From assembly GCA_963678065.2 (NCBI GenBank), contig CAXXVZ010000005.1:704001-768000 (forward strand): 64,000 nt of DNA, read 5' to 3'. Shown piece by piece: positions 1 through 9,912 of the stretch; positions within the stretch are counted from its first letter, which is position 1, and every line of letters begins with the position of its first letter. Source of the DNA: Treponemataceae bacterium. GTDB taxonomy: Bacteria; Spirochaetota; Spirochaetia; Treponematales; Rectinemataceae. The position numbers and the translations under genes were made by a program. The notes under the pieces were generated by a model. It made no database searches. It was not told where the DNA came from and saw only the letters and a list, made by a program, of their open reading frames with translations.

Positions 1-1373
1 AAGATGGCGTCGGCGGCGAGATCGCCCAATCCTGCGAGGGCGTTGCGGTAGTGTCGCATGGATTGGGCGCGATTGCCACGCAGCGCTTCGACATTTCCCA
101 GGGTATAGTGCGCCATGATGAAGTCCGGCTTCAGGTAGAGGACACGGCGCAGAGCGGCCGCGGCGGCGTCGAGGTCCCGCCTCTCCATGGCCAGAATGGC
201 GTGCAGATACTGGTAGTCCGGGTTGGTCCGGTCCGCTGCGAGGGCGCGGTCGCAGAGTCGCCCGGCCTCTTCCGTCCTGCCCAAGTCGGCCAGCTTCCGC
301 GCCTCGCTGTAGTCAAGGAGGCCGGGATGCCCGGGCCGATCGGGTCGCGGATCGGGGGCCGCGTCGGGTGGCGCGGGCCGGGCCGGCGATGCCACGGATT
401 TGAGCCGGGGTTTCGGAAATTCCGGAAGGGTCCGGGGGGCCTGTCCCCGGAAAGCCGATCCATCGTCGACCTCAGCGCGCAAAGCCGGACCATCGTCGAT
501 CCGGCCGTCCGGCGGCCTGCGGAAGAGCGTCGTTCCCTGGAACGAGACGGTCTCGAACTCCGATTGCATGACCGACATGGCCTCGCTCGGCCCGACAACG
601 AGCCATCCACCCGGGGCAATGCAGGCGAACAGTCTGCTCAGCACTCCCTCGATGCCGGCGCGGGAAAAATACAAAAGCACATTCCTGCAGAAGATGATGT
701 CGGGGCGGGGGATTCCGGCGGCGGAAAGGTCCCAACCGGTATCGGCGAGATTGAAGCGCATGAAGCTCACCATGGACTTCACGTCCGGAACGACGCGGAA
801 GCGGTCCTTTTCCGTTTTGGCGAACCATGTCCGCCGGATGGAATCGGGCACTCCGCGGAAAGACCACTGACCATATTCAGCTTTGCGCGCCCGCGAAAGG
901 GCGGCCGGATTCACGTCACTGGAAGCGATCGATATGTCCCAGAGCGCGATGTCCGGCAGGAAGGAGCGAAGAAGCATGGCGAGGGAGTAGGCTTCCTCGC
1001 CCGAACTTCCCGCGGCGCACCAGAGAGAGATGCGGGGACGTTTCCCCGAGGCTCGCGCCTCGTCCCGCCTCGCTTCGGCGAGGGGTGGCAGGACATGATT
1101 CTTCAGCGCCTCGAACTGCTCGGTGTGCCGGAAGAAGTATGTTTCGCCGACAGAAATCCTGCCCACGAGCTTGTCCATGATGGCCGGAGGACAGTCTTCC
1201 CTTCCGATCAGGTCGACGAAATCTTCCAGGGACCCGGCGCCCGAATCCGCGGCGGCAGCTACGAGGGAGCGTTCCAGATCGGCGTGGCGGGCGTGCGGAA
1301 AGTGGAAACCGACCCGCAAGTCGAGGACTTGGGCAATCCTGTCGAGGGTCTCTTTCGGAATCCTTCCCGCCAT
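1..1373 (-). CDS. cheR: CheR-type chemotaxis methyltransferase with C-terminal TPR region (WspC-like); runs off the left edge
   Basis: Manual minus-strand translation from ATG 1373: MAGRIPKETL...ISVGETYFFRH...WCAAGSSGEEAYSLAM (CheR motifs), then TPR-like YLHAILAMERRDLDAAAAALRRVLYLKPDFIMAHYTLG; directly downstream of cheW. Absent from the ORF track because there is no stop in the window. Confidence 0.88.
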   Translation of the reverse strand, partial: MAGRIPKETLDRIAQVLDLRVGFHFPHARHADLERSLVAAAADSGAGSLEDFVDLIGREDCPPAIMDKLVGRISVGETYFFRHTEQFEALKNHVLPPLAEARRDEARASGKRPRISLWCAAGSSGEEAYSLAMLLRSFLPDIALWDISIASSDVNPAALSRARKAEYGQWSFRGVPDSIRRTWFAKTEKDRFRVVPDVKSMVSFMRFNLADTGWDLSAAGIPRPDIIFCRNVLLYFSRAGIEGVLSRLFACIAPGGWLVVGPSEAMSVMQSEFETVSFQGTTLFRRPPDGRIDDGPALRAEVDDGSAFRGQAPRTLPEFPKPRLKSVASPARPAPPDAAPDPRPDRPGHPGLLDYSEARKLADLGRTEEAGRLCDRALAADRTNPDYQYLHAILAMERRDLDAAAAALRRVLYLKPDFIMAHYTLGNVEALRGNRAQSMRHYRNALAGLGDLAADAI

Positions 1374-1387
1374 GACCGTGCCAGACT

Positions 1388-1852
1388 TCAGACAGGCGCC
1401 GCGCGATTCAGGGCCGATATCATTTCGCACTCGGGCGCGAACATGACTTCCGGATCGTAGAGGGGAACGAGGCCTTCCGCGTGGCGGAAGATGCCCCTGA
1501 GGCCCGGAAGGGCTCCGACGACATCCTCGGGCGGAACGATGTCCGCGGCCGGGACGCCGAGAACGTCGCGGGTATCGTCGACCCTGAGAGCCAGGGTCCT
1601 TGCATGGGCATCCAGGATGACAAAGCGGTCACCGGGACTTGTCTCCCGCGGGGGAAAGGCGCATTTCGCGCGCATGTCGATCACCGGGAGGATCTCGCCG
1701 TGAAAGTCGATCATGCCAAGAATGTCGCCCGGCGCGCCAAATATGGGCGTGATGTCGGTCGCGGGCAGAACCTGGCGCAGGGCCGAAACGGGAAGGCCGA
1801 AAAGGCGCTCGTCGAGAGAAAAAACGAAAACGACGGTATCCGTGTCTGCCAT
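1388..1852 (-). CDS. cheW: Chemotaxis coupling protein CheW
   Basis: FSLDERLFGLPV...GMIDFHGEILPVIDMR...LALRVD pattern; ATG 1852 with GAGG upstream. Confidence 0.88.
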   Translation of the reverse strand: MADTDTVVFVFSLDERLFGLPVSALRQVLPATDITPIFGAPGDILGMIDFHGEILPVIDMRAKCAFPPRETSPGDRFVILDAHARTLALRVDDTRDVLGVPAADIVPPEDVVGALPGLRGIFRHAEGLVPLYDPEVMFAPECEMISALNRAAPV

Positions 1853-1983
1853 GGTGGGAATGACCTCTATATCACTTATCGGAGAGGGGGTCGCCCGGCT
1901 CAAGGTCAAAAGAAGACGGCGGGGTATCCGGGCTCATGCCGCACGCGCAGCGCGTCGTTTCGAACCGACGGATTCTTCCGGAC

Positions 1984-2457
1984 TCAGTCCGATACGCGCC
2001 TTAACAGAAGAACTACGGGTCCGCCAGGCGAAAACAGCCCGCACACGATGGGGCTCCCCCGGGCAGTCTCCAGCGCGACCGTCTTGCCGCTCGCATGATC
2101 CACCGTCCGGATCGACCACATGCCCCGCGGCAGATCGAGGATTGCCTGGCCCGTAAGATCGCGGCCGGCCCTGTCGTGAATCGCGCCCCCCGGACCGACA
2201 TCGCCGGCGCGGGGGGCGCGGGGCTCGCAACAGAGGGCGTAGCAGTAGTCGCCGGCCCCTGTCGGAAATACGGCCAGTCCCGCCCCGCCGACCCAGTCCG
2301 GCACGGCAACAATGGCATCATTCAGCTCGGACAGGACTCCGGAACGGATGGGAACGCAGACCTGATCCGGCCCGCTCACCTGCGGAAGCCGGGAGAAGAA
2401 GTCCGCGAGCCTTGTTCCGTCAAAGCCCGAAACCGGATTTCCGGACTTGGTGTTCAT
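1984..2457 (-). CDS. Hypothetical protein
   Basis: 157-aa ORF co-oriented with neighbours and filling the gap; start uncertain (38-nt overlap with upstream gene). Confidence 0.45.
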   Translation of the reverse strand: MNTKSGNPVSGFDGTRLADFFSRLPQVSGPDQVCVPIRSGVLSELNDAIVAVPDWVGGAGLAVFPTGAGDYCYALCCEPRAPRAGDVGPGGAIHDRAGRDLTGQAILDLPRGMWSIRTVDHASGKTVALETARGSPIVCGLFSPGGPVVLLLRRVSD

Positions 2458-3373
2458 CTTCGTAGGCCTCGAGCATCCAGAGGTATTGGTATTTCGCCTT
2501 GCTGAAATCGTATCGGTCGGCGATCTCCTTCATCTGCCCGATCGCCTCTTCCTTGCGGTCCATGGCGAAGAGGAGGAGTGCTGCGTTGTAGCCCGCCCGG
2601 TAGTCGCCCATTCTCCGGTAAGCATCCATGTAGATGTCGTAAGCGCGCCCGTACTGGTGATTCTTGACCAGCCCGTCGGCGACCTTGTATTGCGGGTCGT
2701 CGTCCTTCATCTCGAAAGAGAGATGCACGGTTTCCCTCCAGGGCATCAGCTCTTTCTCTATCTCGGGGATGATCCGATCCATGATCCTGCCCAGGAGGGA
2801 GTAGTCGTCGAAGGGAACGAACAGGAAATCGCTGCGCTCTGCCTGGTCGGAAGCCTTTCCCTCTTTGTAGACCCGGTCGATGACTCTGCCCGTCTGGTTG
2901 TCGATGAGGCTGTAGACAAAGCTCAGGTGCACTTCTTTCCTGGTGATCCAGTACGTGATCCTGATGCCGTTCTTGTCCGTCCGGACATCTATGGCGAGGG
3001 TGTTGGATATCGAGTAGTCCAGAATTTCCCCCGCGATGTAGGCGTCGGGCTTCGGGGACCCGGGAAAGCGCGAGGAAGACATGTCGAGGACGCTGTACCG
3101 TCCGGAGCGCGCGAGGGTCTGGCGTATGGCATCGGAGACGAAGATGCCAACATTGCGGCCATGGTCGTAGCTCTTGAAACCGGGCCGGATGCCGTCGGGC
3201 ACACGATCGATGTAGTTCGGGCTTCTGCCCAGGAAGGGTTGGACACCGATGGTCCGTATCGATCCCATGTCGATCTTGGACGGGTGGTCGACCGTGACGG
3301 GGATCGAGGTGGCGCAGGAAGCCAGAAAGCCTGCGAGGGCAATGGCAGGCACGAGTCTGAGAATATTTTTCAT
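2420..3373 (-). CDS. Lipoprotein, CsgG/HfaB-like domain plus TPR-like C-terminus
   Basis: Signal peptide with lipobox MKNILRLVPAIALAGFLAS-C; IGVQPF...PDAYIAGEI core; helical TPR-like tail. Confidence 0.65.
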   Translation of the reverse strand: MKNILRLVPAIALAGFLASCATSIPVTVDHPSKIDMGSIRTIGVQPFLGRSPNYIDRVPDGIRPGFKSYDHGRNVGIFVSDAIRQTLARSGRYSVLDMSSSRFPGSPKPDAYIAGEILDYSISNTLAIDVRTDKNGIRITYWITRKEVHLSFVYSLIDNQTGRVIDRVYKEGKASDQAERSDFLFVPFDDYSLLGRIMDRIIPEIEKELMPWRETVHLSFEMKDDDPQYKVADGLVKNHQYGRAYDIYMDAYRRMGDYRAGYNAALLLFAMDRKEEAIGQMKEIADRYDFSKAKYQYLWMLEAYEDEHQVRKSGFGL

Positions 3374-3435
3374 GGGCAATCTCCCTGGCACTACAATATC
3401 GCGAATCCGGCCGCGAGACCATGTCAGGATGGGTT

Positions 3436-4503
3436 TCATTCGTCGATCGGGATTCCCCATTTCAGGGCGAGGTTTCGCAGGTCGAGCAGGCTCAAAGCCG
3501 GAACTCCGTTTCCGGCCATGCGGGCGAGGACACCGCGGTCGGGGGAAAAATCGAAGGCGCGCGGCGCGATGAAGCCCGAGGGGATGTTCAGGACCTCCTC
3601 GCTCCGGCCGAGACTGGCGTCGGCGCCGCCCGCATTGATATAGAAGGCGAGCTTTTTGCCTTTCGCCCAGGCGTGGTAAGCCGCCATGCGCCTCTCGATG
3701 GCGGATTCGAGGGTGTATGAGGGGAGATAGGGTATACCGAGTTCCCCGGCGACAGCGGAGGCGATGGCGACGGGGGCGGGAGACTGTGCCTGTTTTGACG
3801 ATTCGGCGGGTTGCGCCACTTCGAGTCCGGCGGAGAAAAGGGCCTGCAAAACGGTCCCGTTTCCGGAATCGTAGTCCCCGCCCGGCGTCACCGCTATCGC
3901 GGCGGAGCGCAGAAGTCCTGCACGGGAGAGGCGGAGCTCGATTTCGGGCCAGGAGAAGCCGGGCTGATTCGCGCCGAAGGTGGAGGAGGTCGGAGAGACG
4001 ATCGAGCCGAGTTCGAGCCCGAGCTCCTCGCAGGCGAGCATGACGGCGAGGTTGATCCCGGGGAAGCTGCCGGAGAGTCCCGCGGCGACGAGGTCTCCCC
4101 TGCGGAGTCCCGCGCCGTACAGACGTCTGACCAGCGCGGAGGCCCAGACGGGATTCGCGGCTGTCCTCTTGGCCGAGAGACTTCCGAGCGTCGTCGTGAG
4201 TTCGGTGAGTTCCTCGCCGACGAGTCCTGTCCGCCCTGGATCGAGTTCCCTGCCCGGATCGAGGCCGGAGAGCACCTTTTCATGCCAGAGATACTCCTCG
4301 ATGGCCCGCATTCTCGCGCCGGCGCGGATGGCCGCCGCCTCGATCGCGGGCGGAACGGGGGCAGCGGAGCGGGCTATTTCCAGTTTTCCGGCGCTGAAGG
4401 CCGCGCCCAGGCAGACGACTGCGGCGACGAGGACTGTGAATGTGTTCCGGCGCGGCAGGGGAAGGAAGCCATCCGGCGGCATGAAGAGCGGTGGACGAGG
4501 CAT
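3436..4503 (-). CDS. pgsW: Poly-gamma-glutamate system protein (PgsW-like)
   Basis: TGLVGEELTELTTTLGSLSAKRT.ANP, GLSGSFPGINLA, SSTFGANQP, YINAGG motifs; ATGA overlap with pgsC stop at 4503. Confidence 0.82.
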   Translation of the reverse strand: MPRPPLFMPPDGFLPLPRRNTFTVLVAAVVCLGAAFSAGKLEIARSAAPVPPAIEAAAIRAGARMRAIEEYLWHEKVLSGLDPGRELDPGRTGLVGEELTELTTTLGSLSAKRTAANPVWASALVRRLYGAGLRRGDLVAAGLSGSFPGINLAVMLACEELGLELGSIVSPTSSTFGANQPGFSWPEIELRLSRAGLLRSAAIAVTPGGDYDSGNGTVLQALFSAGLEVAQPAESSKQAQSPAPVAIASAVAGELGIPYLPSYTLESAIERRMAAYHAWAKGKKLAFYINAGGADASLGRSEEVLNIPSGFIAPRAFDFSPDRGVLARMAGNGVPALSLLDLRNLALKWGIPIDE

Positions 4504-5048
4504 CAGCCCCACCCCGCCGTCAGGAACAAGAGGACGCGTACGATCGCCGCGCCCGCGAGGGCGAGGGCCGATACGGGCAGTACTCCGCCCGAGAGCATCT
4601 CCGCCGCGATGAGGCCGGGAATTATGTGGCCGACGACGCGAAGGTCGGGAAGGTTCGCCGCCACGGCGGTCATGCCAGCGGTCGTGCCAGCGGCCATGCC
4701 GGAGATCGGGGCGGCCTCTCCCGCGGCCAGGGCGGGGGCCGAGAGGCCTGCGGGGAGGGCCTTGGCGATGAAATCGACGGCGGCGGGAAGCGCGAGGCTG
4801 ACAAGAAAGCCGCACAGGACCGTGACCGCAAACCTCCGCCTTCCGTACAGGATGACGAGGCGCGAGAGGCCGAAGCGGACAATGGCCCATGTGATGAGTG
4901 CAGCCGCGAAGGTCGAGGCGATCCTCCAGGGTTGGTTCAGGAAGAGGGCGAGATAGCCCGGCACGACGAGTCCTCCGGAAGGGAGGCCGAAAAGCTCGGT
5001 GAAGATGAGGTTGAGTGCGAGGCCGAAACCTATGGCTCGTTCAATCAT
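4503..5048 (-). CDS. pgsC: Poly-gamma-glutamate biosynthesis membrane protein PgsC/CapC
   Basis: MIERAIGFGLALNLIFTELFGLPSGGLVVPGYLAL, ILYGRRRF, VGHIIPGLIA; ATGA overlap with pgsB. Confidence 0.92.
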   Translation of the reverse strand: MIERAIGFGLALNLIFTELFGLPSGGLVVPGYLALFLNQPWRIASTFAAALITWAIVRFGLSRLVILYGRRRFAVTVLCGFLVSLALPAAVDFIAKALPAGLSAPALAAGEAAPISGMAAGTTAGMTAVAANLPDLRVVGHIIPGLIAAEMLSGGVLPVSALALAGAAIVRVLLFLTAGWG

Positions 5049-6412
5049 CGGTTTTCCTTTCCGGAGCGGAGGCCGGCATTCACGGGAAGGGAAGCCGAGA
5101 GCGCCGCCTCTCTGAGACGGAAACCCTTCGTGTTGCCGCAGAGGATCACTGCCGGGCGCCTCTCTTCCGGAAACGCGGCGAGGAACCCGGCCACGACGGC
5201 GCCGGCCTTCCTTCCAGGAACATAGAGAGGAAGCGACCCCTCTTTCCCCTTCGCGGCGAAGCGAGGCCTTTCGCCCGTCACGAGGAACCACAGGGTCCGT
5301 CCCTGAAGGAGGGGCGGCGACTTTCCAGCGCCGGTCAAGCCGACCTCGCCGGTCAAGCCGGCGCGGAAATCGGCCAGACGCCGGGCTCTGTCCGCCCGGT
5401 GATGGTAAACGAAGAGGAGGGCCTTGTCCGCGGGGACGCAGTCGGCGACAAGGTTGAAAAGGGATTCCGGGTCATTGGCGGCGGCGGCATCGAGGGCGAA
5501 GATCGCACCGGTGCCCGGAGAACACTCGGGGAAGGCCGAATCAGCCGACTCAGAGTCTTCGCCGCGCGGACCGGCGCTCCGGCCGGTCCCGCTGCGGGTC
5601 CCTTCCGGGAGGCGCAGCCAGGCGAGGGCGCCCGGGTCGGGCATCGCCGCCCGCATGCCGCCGAGAGCGACATCATCCGGAATACCGAACTCGCGCGTCA
5701 CCGCGAGGGCGATGCCGGCGTCCTCGAGCCACCAGGCGGGCTCGGCGTCCGGGGCAGATGGATCGGCGACCCCGGATGCGGCACCGGCGGCGACAGCCTC
5801 CGACGAGTGCCGTGCGACCGATTCCCCGCCTGCGGGCTTCCCCGCCACGACGAGCCTTGTCCCGAGCTTCGCGGCCTGCTCCCGGCAGAGGTCGCCGAAG
5901 CGTCCCTCTCCCGCGACGAGAACGCCACCGCGGGGAATGGTGTTGGCGAGGGTCCGCGCGATATCGTCGACGCTTTTCCCCATGATTTCGGTGTGGTCTG
6001 GTCTGGCATTCGTGATGACCCCGACGGTGGAGCGCAGCATCTCGTGCTCACAACTCCACTGCAGCTCTGGCTTGAGTGCCATGCATTCGAGGACAACGGC
6101 CCGCGCGCCGGAGCGACGGGCCCGGCTCAGGGCGCGCAGCTGTTCGCGGATGTTCGCAGTTGCGAGGCGACGTACGGGCTTTTCGCTTCCGTCGGGGAAT
6201 ATGAAACGCGCCTGTGTCCCGGTCGTCTTGGCGAAGGCCGGCGTGCCCGATGCGGCGATTCCGGCGCGGATGAGCCTCGTCACCGTCGACTTTCCCCTCG
6301 TCCCGTTCACGAGAACGCGGACGGGAATGGCGCGGAAACACCTGTCCCTCTCCAGCCTTTCGGCGAGTCCGAGGACGAGAATGAGTGCAAGCGCGAGTAT
6401 GAGTCCCGTCAC
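5045..6412 (-). CDS. pgsB: Poly-gamma-glutamate synthase PgsB/CapB
   Basis: VNGTRGKSTVTRLI P-loop, AKTTGT, ANIREQ, ECMALKPELQ, ITNARPDH, AANDPES. Confidence 0.93.
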   Translation of the reverse strand: MTGLILALALILVLGLAERLERDRCFRAIPVRVLVNGTRGKSTVTRLIRAGIAASGTPAFAKTTGTQARFIFPDGSEKPVRRLATANIREQLRALSRARRSGARAVVLECMALKPELQWSCEHEMLRSTVGVITNARPDHTEIMGKSVDDIARTLANTIPRGGVLVAGEGRFGDLCREQAAKLGTRLVVAGKPAGGESVARHSSEAVAAGAASGVADPSAPDAEPAWWLEDAGIALAVTREFGIPDDVALGGMRAAMPDPGALAWLRLPEGTRSGTGRSAGPRGEDSESADSAFPECSPGTGAIFALDAAAANDPESLFNLVADCVPADKALLFVYHHRADRARRLADFRAGLTGEVGLTGAGKSPPLLQGRTLWFLVTGERPRFAAKGKEGSLPLYVPGRKAGAVVAGFLAAFPEERRPAVILCGNTKGFRLREAALSASLPVNAGLRSGKENR

Positions 6413-6415
6413 GGC

Positions 6416-7582
6416 TCAATAATACACGCCAAGTCCGTTCTTTTCGATATCCGCGAGAGCCGGAAGTCCTTCCACGATCGTCCGCCTGCCCGTCTCCGAA
6501 AAATCGTTGCAGGTCGAGAGTATGCCGGAGAAGACTTCGAGCTGGACGCCGATCCGCTTCCACAGGGGATAGACCGGGTGGTCGAGCTGGGCCGTGCCCG
6601 GAGCGTCGGCGATCTGGCCCGGATTCGGCGTCTCGATGAGGAAGGCGAGCGCCGGCGTCAGGTTGCCCCACTCGTAGTGCGAGAGGCCGCGGAAGCCGGG
6701 CTCCGAGGCGTCGAGCTTCAGGCTGATTCCCCTCTCGTCGAGGTCGATGAGGGCGAGGGCAGCAATGTCGAGGTTTTTCGGATTCGCGACGACGGTCCAG
6801 ACGAGATTCGAGGCCGGACCAGCCTCATGGAGGTCGAAGGCGTAGTCGACCTTCTCCTGCACAAGGAGGGTCATGATGGCGCGGGCGAGGCGTCGGGTCA
6901 GGGTTCCGTCCGCGCTGCCGGGATAGGCCCGGTCCAGGTTGCGGGCCTCGGTGCCAGCCTGCTCCGTCTGCCCCGGCGAATGTATGTAGACCTTCGGATC
7001 GGGCTCGGTCTGGTGGACGGGGCTGACGAGCCGGGCGCCGTACTTGAAATACCTGGTTTCGCCCGACGCGGTCGCAAGGGCTATCCAGTCGGGCCCCGGC
7101 TTCACGGGGTCGGCGTAGGTCACACCCGAGTTGTTGGCGTGGGGCAGGACGATGAGGCGTCCCTCGGTGACGCGGGCCTTTTCGACCAGCATGACGGCCG
7201 TCATCATGCCGGCGATCTCGTTGGCGTGGGTGCCGGCCGCCACGAACGTCGTCGCCCCGGGCCTGCCCGAATCGAGAAAGTAGACGGGGCTGTCGGCCGG
7301 CGTGCCCGAGAGAGCGGGGAGATAGTTGCTCAAGAGCCCGATGGATGTGACGCCCACGCCTGGCCTGATGTCGTGAGTTATGGTACCGGGAAGTACAACC
7401 GTAGACTTTGTGGGGCATGTCGCAGGGAGGACCGTCGATCTGCCCGAAAATCCTCCCTGCCCCCCTCCACCCTGGGCGAAAAGACAGGAAGCGGACATCG
7501 CGACCATAAAGATGGGAATGAAGACGGCACGTCGCGGTGAAGCGTACAATCGCCCTGCGGGTCTGAGGGGGAAGGCTTTCAT
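6416..7582 (-). CDS. Secreted succinylglutamate desuccinylase/aspartoacylase (M14-like Zn hydrolase), paralog 1
   Basis: Signal peptide; GTHANE (HxxE), NLDRAYPG, DLHE, FLIETPNP. Confidence 0.82.
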   Translation of the reverse strand: MKAFPLRPAGRLYASPRRAVFIPIFMVAMSASCLFAQGGGGQGGFSGRSTVLPATCPTKSTVVLPGTITHDIRPGVGVTSIGLLSNYLPALSGTPADSPVYFLDSGRPGATTFVAAGTHANEIAGMMTAVMLVEKARVTEGRLIVLPHANNSGVTYADPVKPGPDWIALATASGETRYFKYGARLVSPVHQTEPDPKVYIHSPGQTEQAGTEARNLDRAYPGSADGTLTRRLARAIMTLLVQEKVDYAFDLHEAGPASNLVWTVVANPKNLDIAALALIDLDERGISLKLDASEPGFRGLSHYEWGNLTPALAFLIETPNPGQIADAPGTAQLDHPVYPLWKRIGVQLEVFSGILSTCNDFSETGRRTIVEGLPALADIEKNGLGVYY

Positions 7583-7585
7583 ATG

Positions 7586-8149
7586 TTACTGTTTGAACAG
7601 GGTCTGGATCACGGTGCCGGCAGCCGCTATCGTCGGAGTCTGATAGAGCGGAATGCCCCGTTTAGCCGCAAGTTCCGTGAAAAAGCCATCCGTGTTGCCA
7701 TCGGCGAACACAACGGCCGCGCTCGCATCCGCCATTACAAGCTCGATCAACTGATTCGAGGACTCACCCCGCCTGCTCGATCCGCCCGTGTGCACCGCGA
7801 TGATCGCGATGCCTTTTGCCTTCGCGGCCCCGATGAGGGCTTTGGTGCGGGCCATTTCCTGCTCCATCGAGATGCCCGCCGCGCCGAGACCTTTTGCACT
7901 CGCGCCTACGACCATGAGTATGGACGCGTTGTCCGCCAAGTCCTTGGCTTCAGCCAGGATATTGTAGCCAAACCCCAGCTTGAGCTTGGTGTTGCAGAGC
8001 ACCTTGACGATCGCGGCATCCGAGTTCTGGCCGATTGCAGTGATGATGGCAGGTTTCCGGAAAGCGCCTTCGGGCACTGCGGTCGGAGTCTGAGCGAAAA
8101 GAGGTATCGCCGTCATGAGAATCAACAATACAGGAATCAGACGCTTCAT
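7586..8149 (-). CDS. Secreted DUF6305-like protein
   Basis: Signal peptide; ITAIGQNSDA, VGASAKGLGAAGI, HTGGSSRRG, DGNTDGFFT. Confidence 0.7.
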   Translation of the reverse strand: MKRLIPVLLILMTAIPLFAQTPTAVPEGAFRKPAIITAIGQNSDAAIVKVLCNTKLKLGFGYNILAEAKDLADNASILMVVGASAKGLGAAGISMEQEMARTKALIGAAKAKGIAIIAVHTGGSSRRGESSNQLIELVMADASAAVVFADGNTDGFFTELAAKRGIPLYQTPTIAAAGTVIQTLFKQ

Positions 8150-8183
8150 TTTCTTCCCCTCTGGATAAATATAGTGGAAAACA

Positions 8184-9896
8184 TCAGTAGCCTAAAACGG
8201 CACCGTCGCGGCGAGGATCGGCTCCACCGTTCATGAGTCCGGTCACGGGATCGATCACGATGGCCTGGGCGCCGCCAAAGAACAGATCGTAGTCCGTATA
8301 GGGTTTTAGAGTATACCCCATCGCTTTGAGCGCAGCCTGCGTCTCCGCGGGTATGCGCTTTTCAATCGAGAGGTCCTTCTCGTACGGCGAGGCATAATAG
8401 CGGGGAGCTTCGATTGCTTCCTGCACTCCCATTTTATAGTCGATGAGATTGGTGGTCAGAAGAACCATGGTTGTGATTATGCGTCCGGCGCCGGGGGTAC
8501 CCATCGAAGCGAATGTCGTGCCGTCTTTCGAAATGATGGTGGGAGAAATGGTTGTAAGCATGCGCTTCCCGGGGGCATACCCGTTGGCTCCCTTTGTGCC
8601 GACCCAATTCTGCATCTCATTGTTGAGGATAATGCCCGTTCCGGGCGTAGCGACCTTGGCGCCCCAGAATCCGGAGATGGTCTGCGTCAACGCGACCGTG
8701 TTCCCGCTCTTGTCAACCACGGAAAGGTGAGTCGTGCTGAAATGCTCGTTTGCTGGATCTCCGGCTGTAACCATGGTAGAAATTTTTGCAGGATCGATTT
8801 CCGCGGAGCGTTTCTTGGCATAACTTTTGGACGTAAGGCCGGCAACAGGGACATTGACAAAATCGGGATCACCTACGAATTCGTACACATCCGCAAAACC
8901 GCGCTTCATCGCCTCTGTCGTGAGATGGATAGTGACTGGATCGAGTGGTTTTCTGGAGGCAATGTCGAAATTTTCGAGAATCTGAAGAATTTCAATCACT
9001 CCGATTCCTCCGACGGGAGGAGGTGCGGAGATGATATCGTAGCCCCGATAGCTTCCGCGCACCGGGGCCCGTTCGATGGCCTTGTATGCGGCGAGATCCT
9101 CCTTGGTGATGTAGCCTCCATTTGCCTTCATGTCCGCTACGATCTTGTCCGCGATCTCTCCCTTGTAGAAAACATCGGGGCCGCCCTCGGCGATTTTGGC
9201 GAGGGATACCGCGAGGTCGTGATTTTTCAGGATATCTCCGGCTTCGAGAGGAAGACCGGCGGGAGCGACTATCGACAGGAGAGCCTCGTTTTTGCTGATG
9301 GGATCGAAGTTGTCCGAGATGACTTTCGCGAGCGTCGGGCTGATGGCAAAACCATCTTCCGCCAATTTGATTGCGGGAGCCGCAACCTGAGCGAGGCTCA
9401 TCGTCCCGTATTTCTGCAATGCCAGTGACAGCCCCGCGACTGTACCGGGAACGGCGACTGCCTTGTGCCCGAGTCCGCCGAAGGGATACTTGCCCGGGTT
9501 GAAAAACGGGGCCATCGATCGATAATCGATCGCCACTGTCGTCCTGGAATCGGCCAGGTATATGACCATCATGCCCTCGCCGCCAAGTCCGGTGGCGTTG
9601 CACTCCACGACGCCGATCGCCAGGGCAGAGGCCACCGCCGCGTCGACGGCATTTCCGCCCGCCTTCAGTATTTCAAGACCGGCTTGGGAAGCAAGCGGAT
9701 GAGCCGAGGCAACCATGCCATTCCTGGCCACGATTTGCGGAAGCTTTGTAGTGGCCGGAACAGTCGAAGTGGCGCCAGGTACTGTCTGAGCCGACAATCC
9801 CGTGAATCCTGCAACCAGAAATGCCATGCAGAATACGATTGCGCGGAGCGTGAATCGTGCGCTGCGCGATGGCTTTTTCTCTTTCCGATGCTCCAT
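8184..9896 (-). CDS. ggt: Gamma-glutamyltransferase (CapD-like), copy 1
   Basis: GMVASAHPLASQAG, GGNAVDAA, autoprocessing site STTHLS, C-terminal GGADPRRDG. Confidence 0.92.
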   Translation of the reverse strand: MEHRKEKKPSRSARFTLRAIVFCMAFLVAGFTGLSAQTVPGATSTVPATTKLPQIVARNGMVASAHPLASQAGLEILKAGGNAVDAAVASALAIGVVECNATGLGGEGMMVIYLADSRTTVAIDYRSMAPFFNPGKYPFGGLGHKAVAVPGTVAGLSLALQKYGTMSLAQVAAPAIKLAEDGFAISPTLAKVISDNFDPISKNEALLSIVAPAGLPLEAGDILKNHDLAVSLAKIAEGGPDVFYKGEIADKIVADMKANGGYITKEDLAAYKAIERAPVRGSYRGYDIISAPPPVGGIGVIEILQILENFDIASRKPLDPVTIHLTTEAMKRGFADVYEFVGDPDFVNVPVAGLTSKSYAKKRSAEIDPAKISTMVTAGDPANEHFSTTHLSVVDKSGNTVALTQTISGFWGAKVATPGTGIILNNEMQNWVGTKGANGYAPGKRMLTTISPTIISKDGTTFASMGTPGAGRIITTMVLLTTNLIDYKMGVQEAIEAPRYYASPYEKDLSIEKRIPAETQAALKAMGYTLKPYTDYDLFFGGAQAIVIDPVTGLMNGGADPRRDGAVLGY

Positions 9897-9912
9897 CCTG
9901 ATTCTCCTTGTC

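Noticed and set aside
51..1460. 469-aa plus-strand ORF
   Set aside because: Antisense shadow of cheR, which carries the recognisable motifs.
5015..7540. 841-aa plus-strand ORF and similar long ORFs (2447..3643, 20996..22816, 30717..32564, 33747..35603, 41874..43616)
   Set aside because: High-GC antisense shadows of well-supported minus-strand genes; no motifs.
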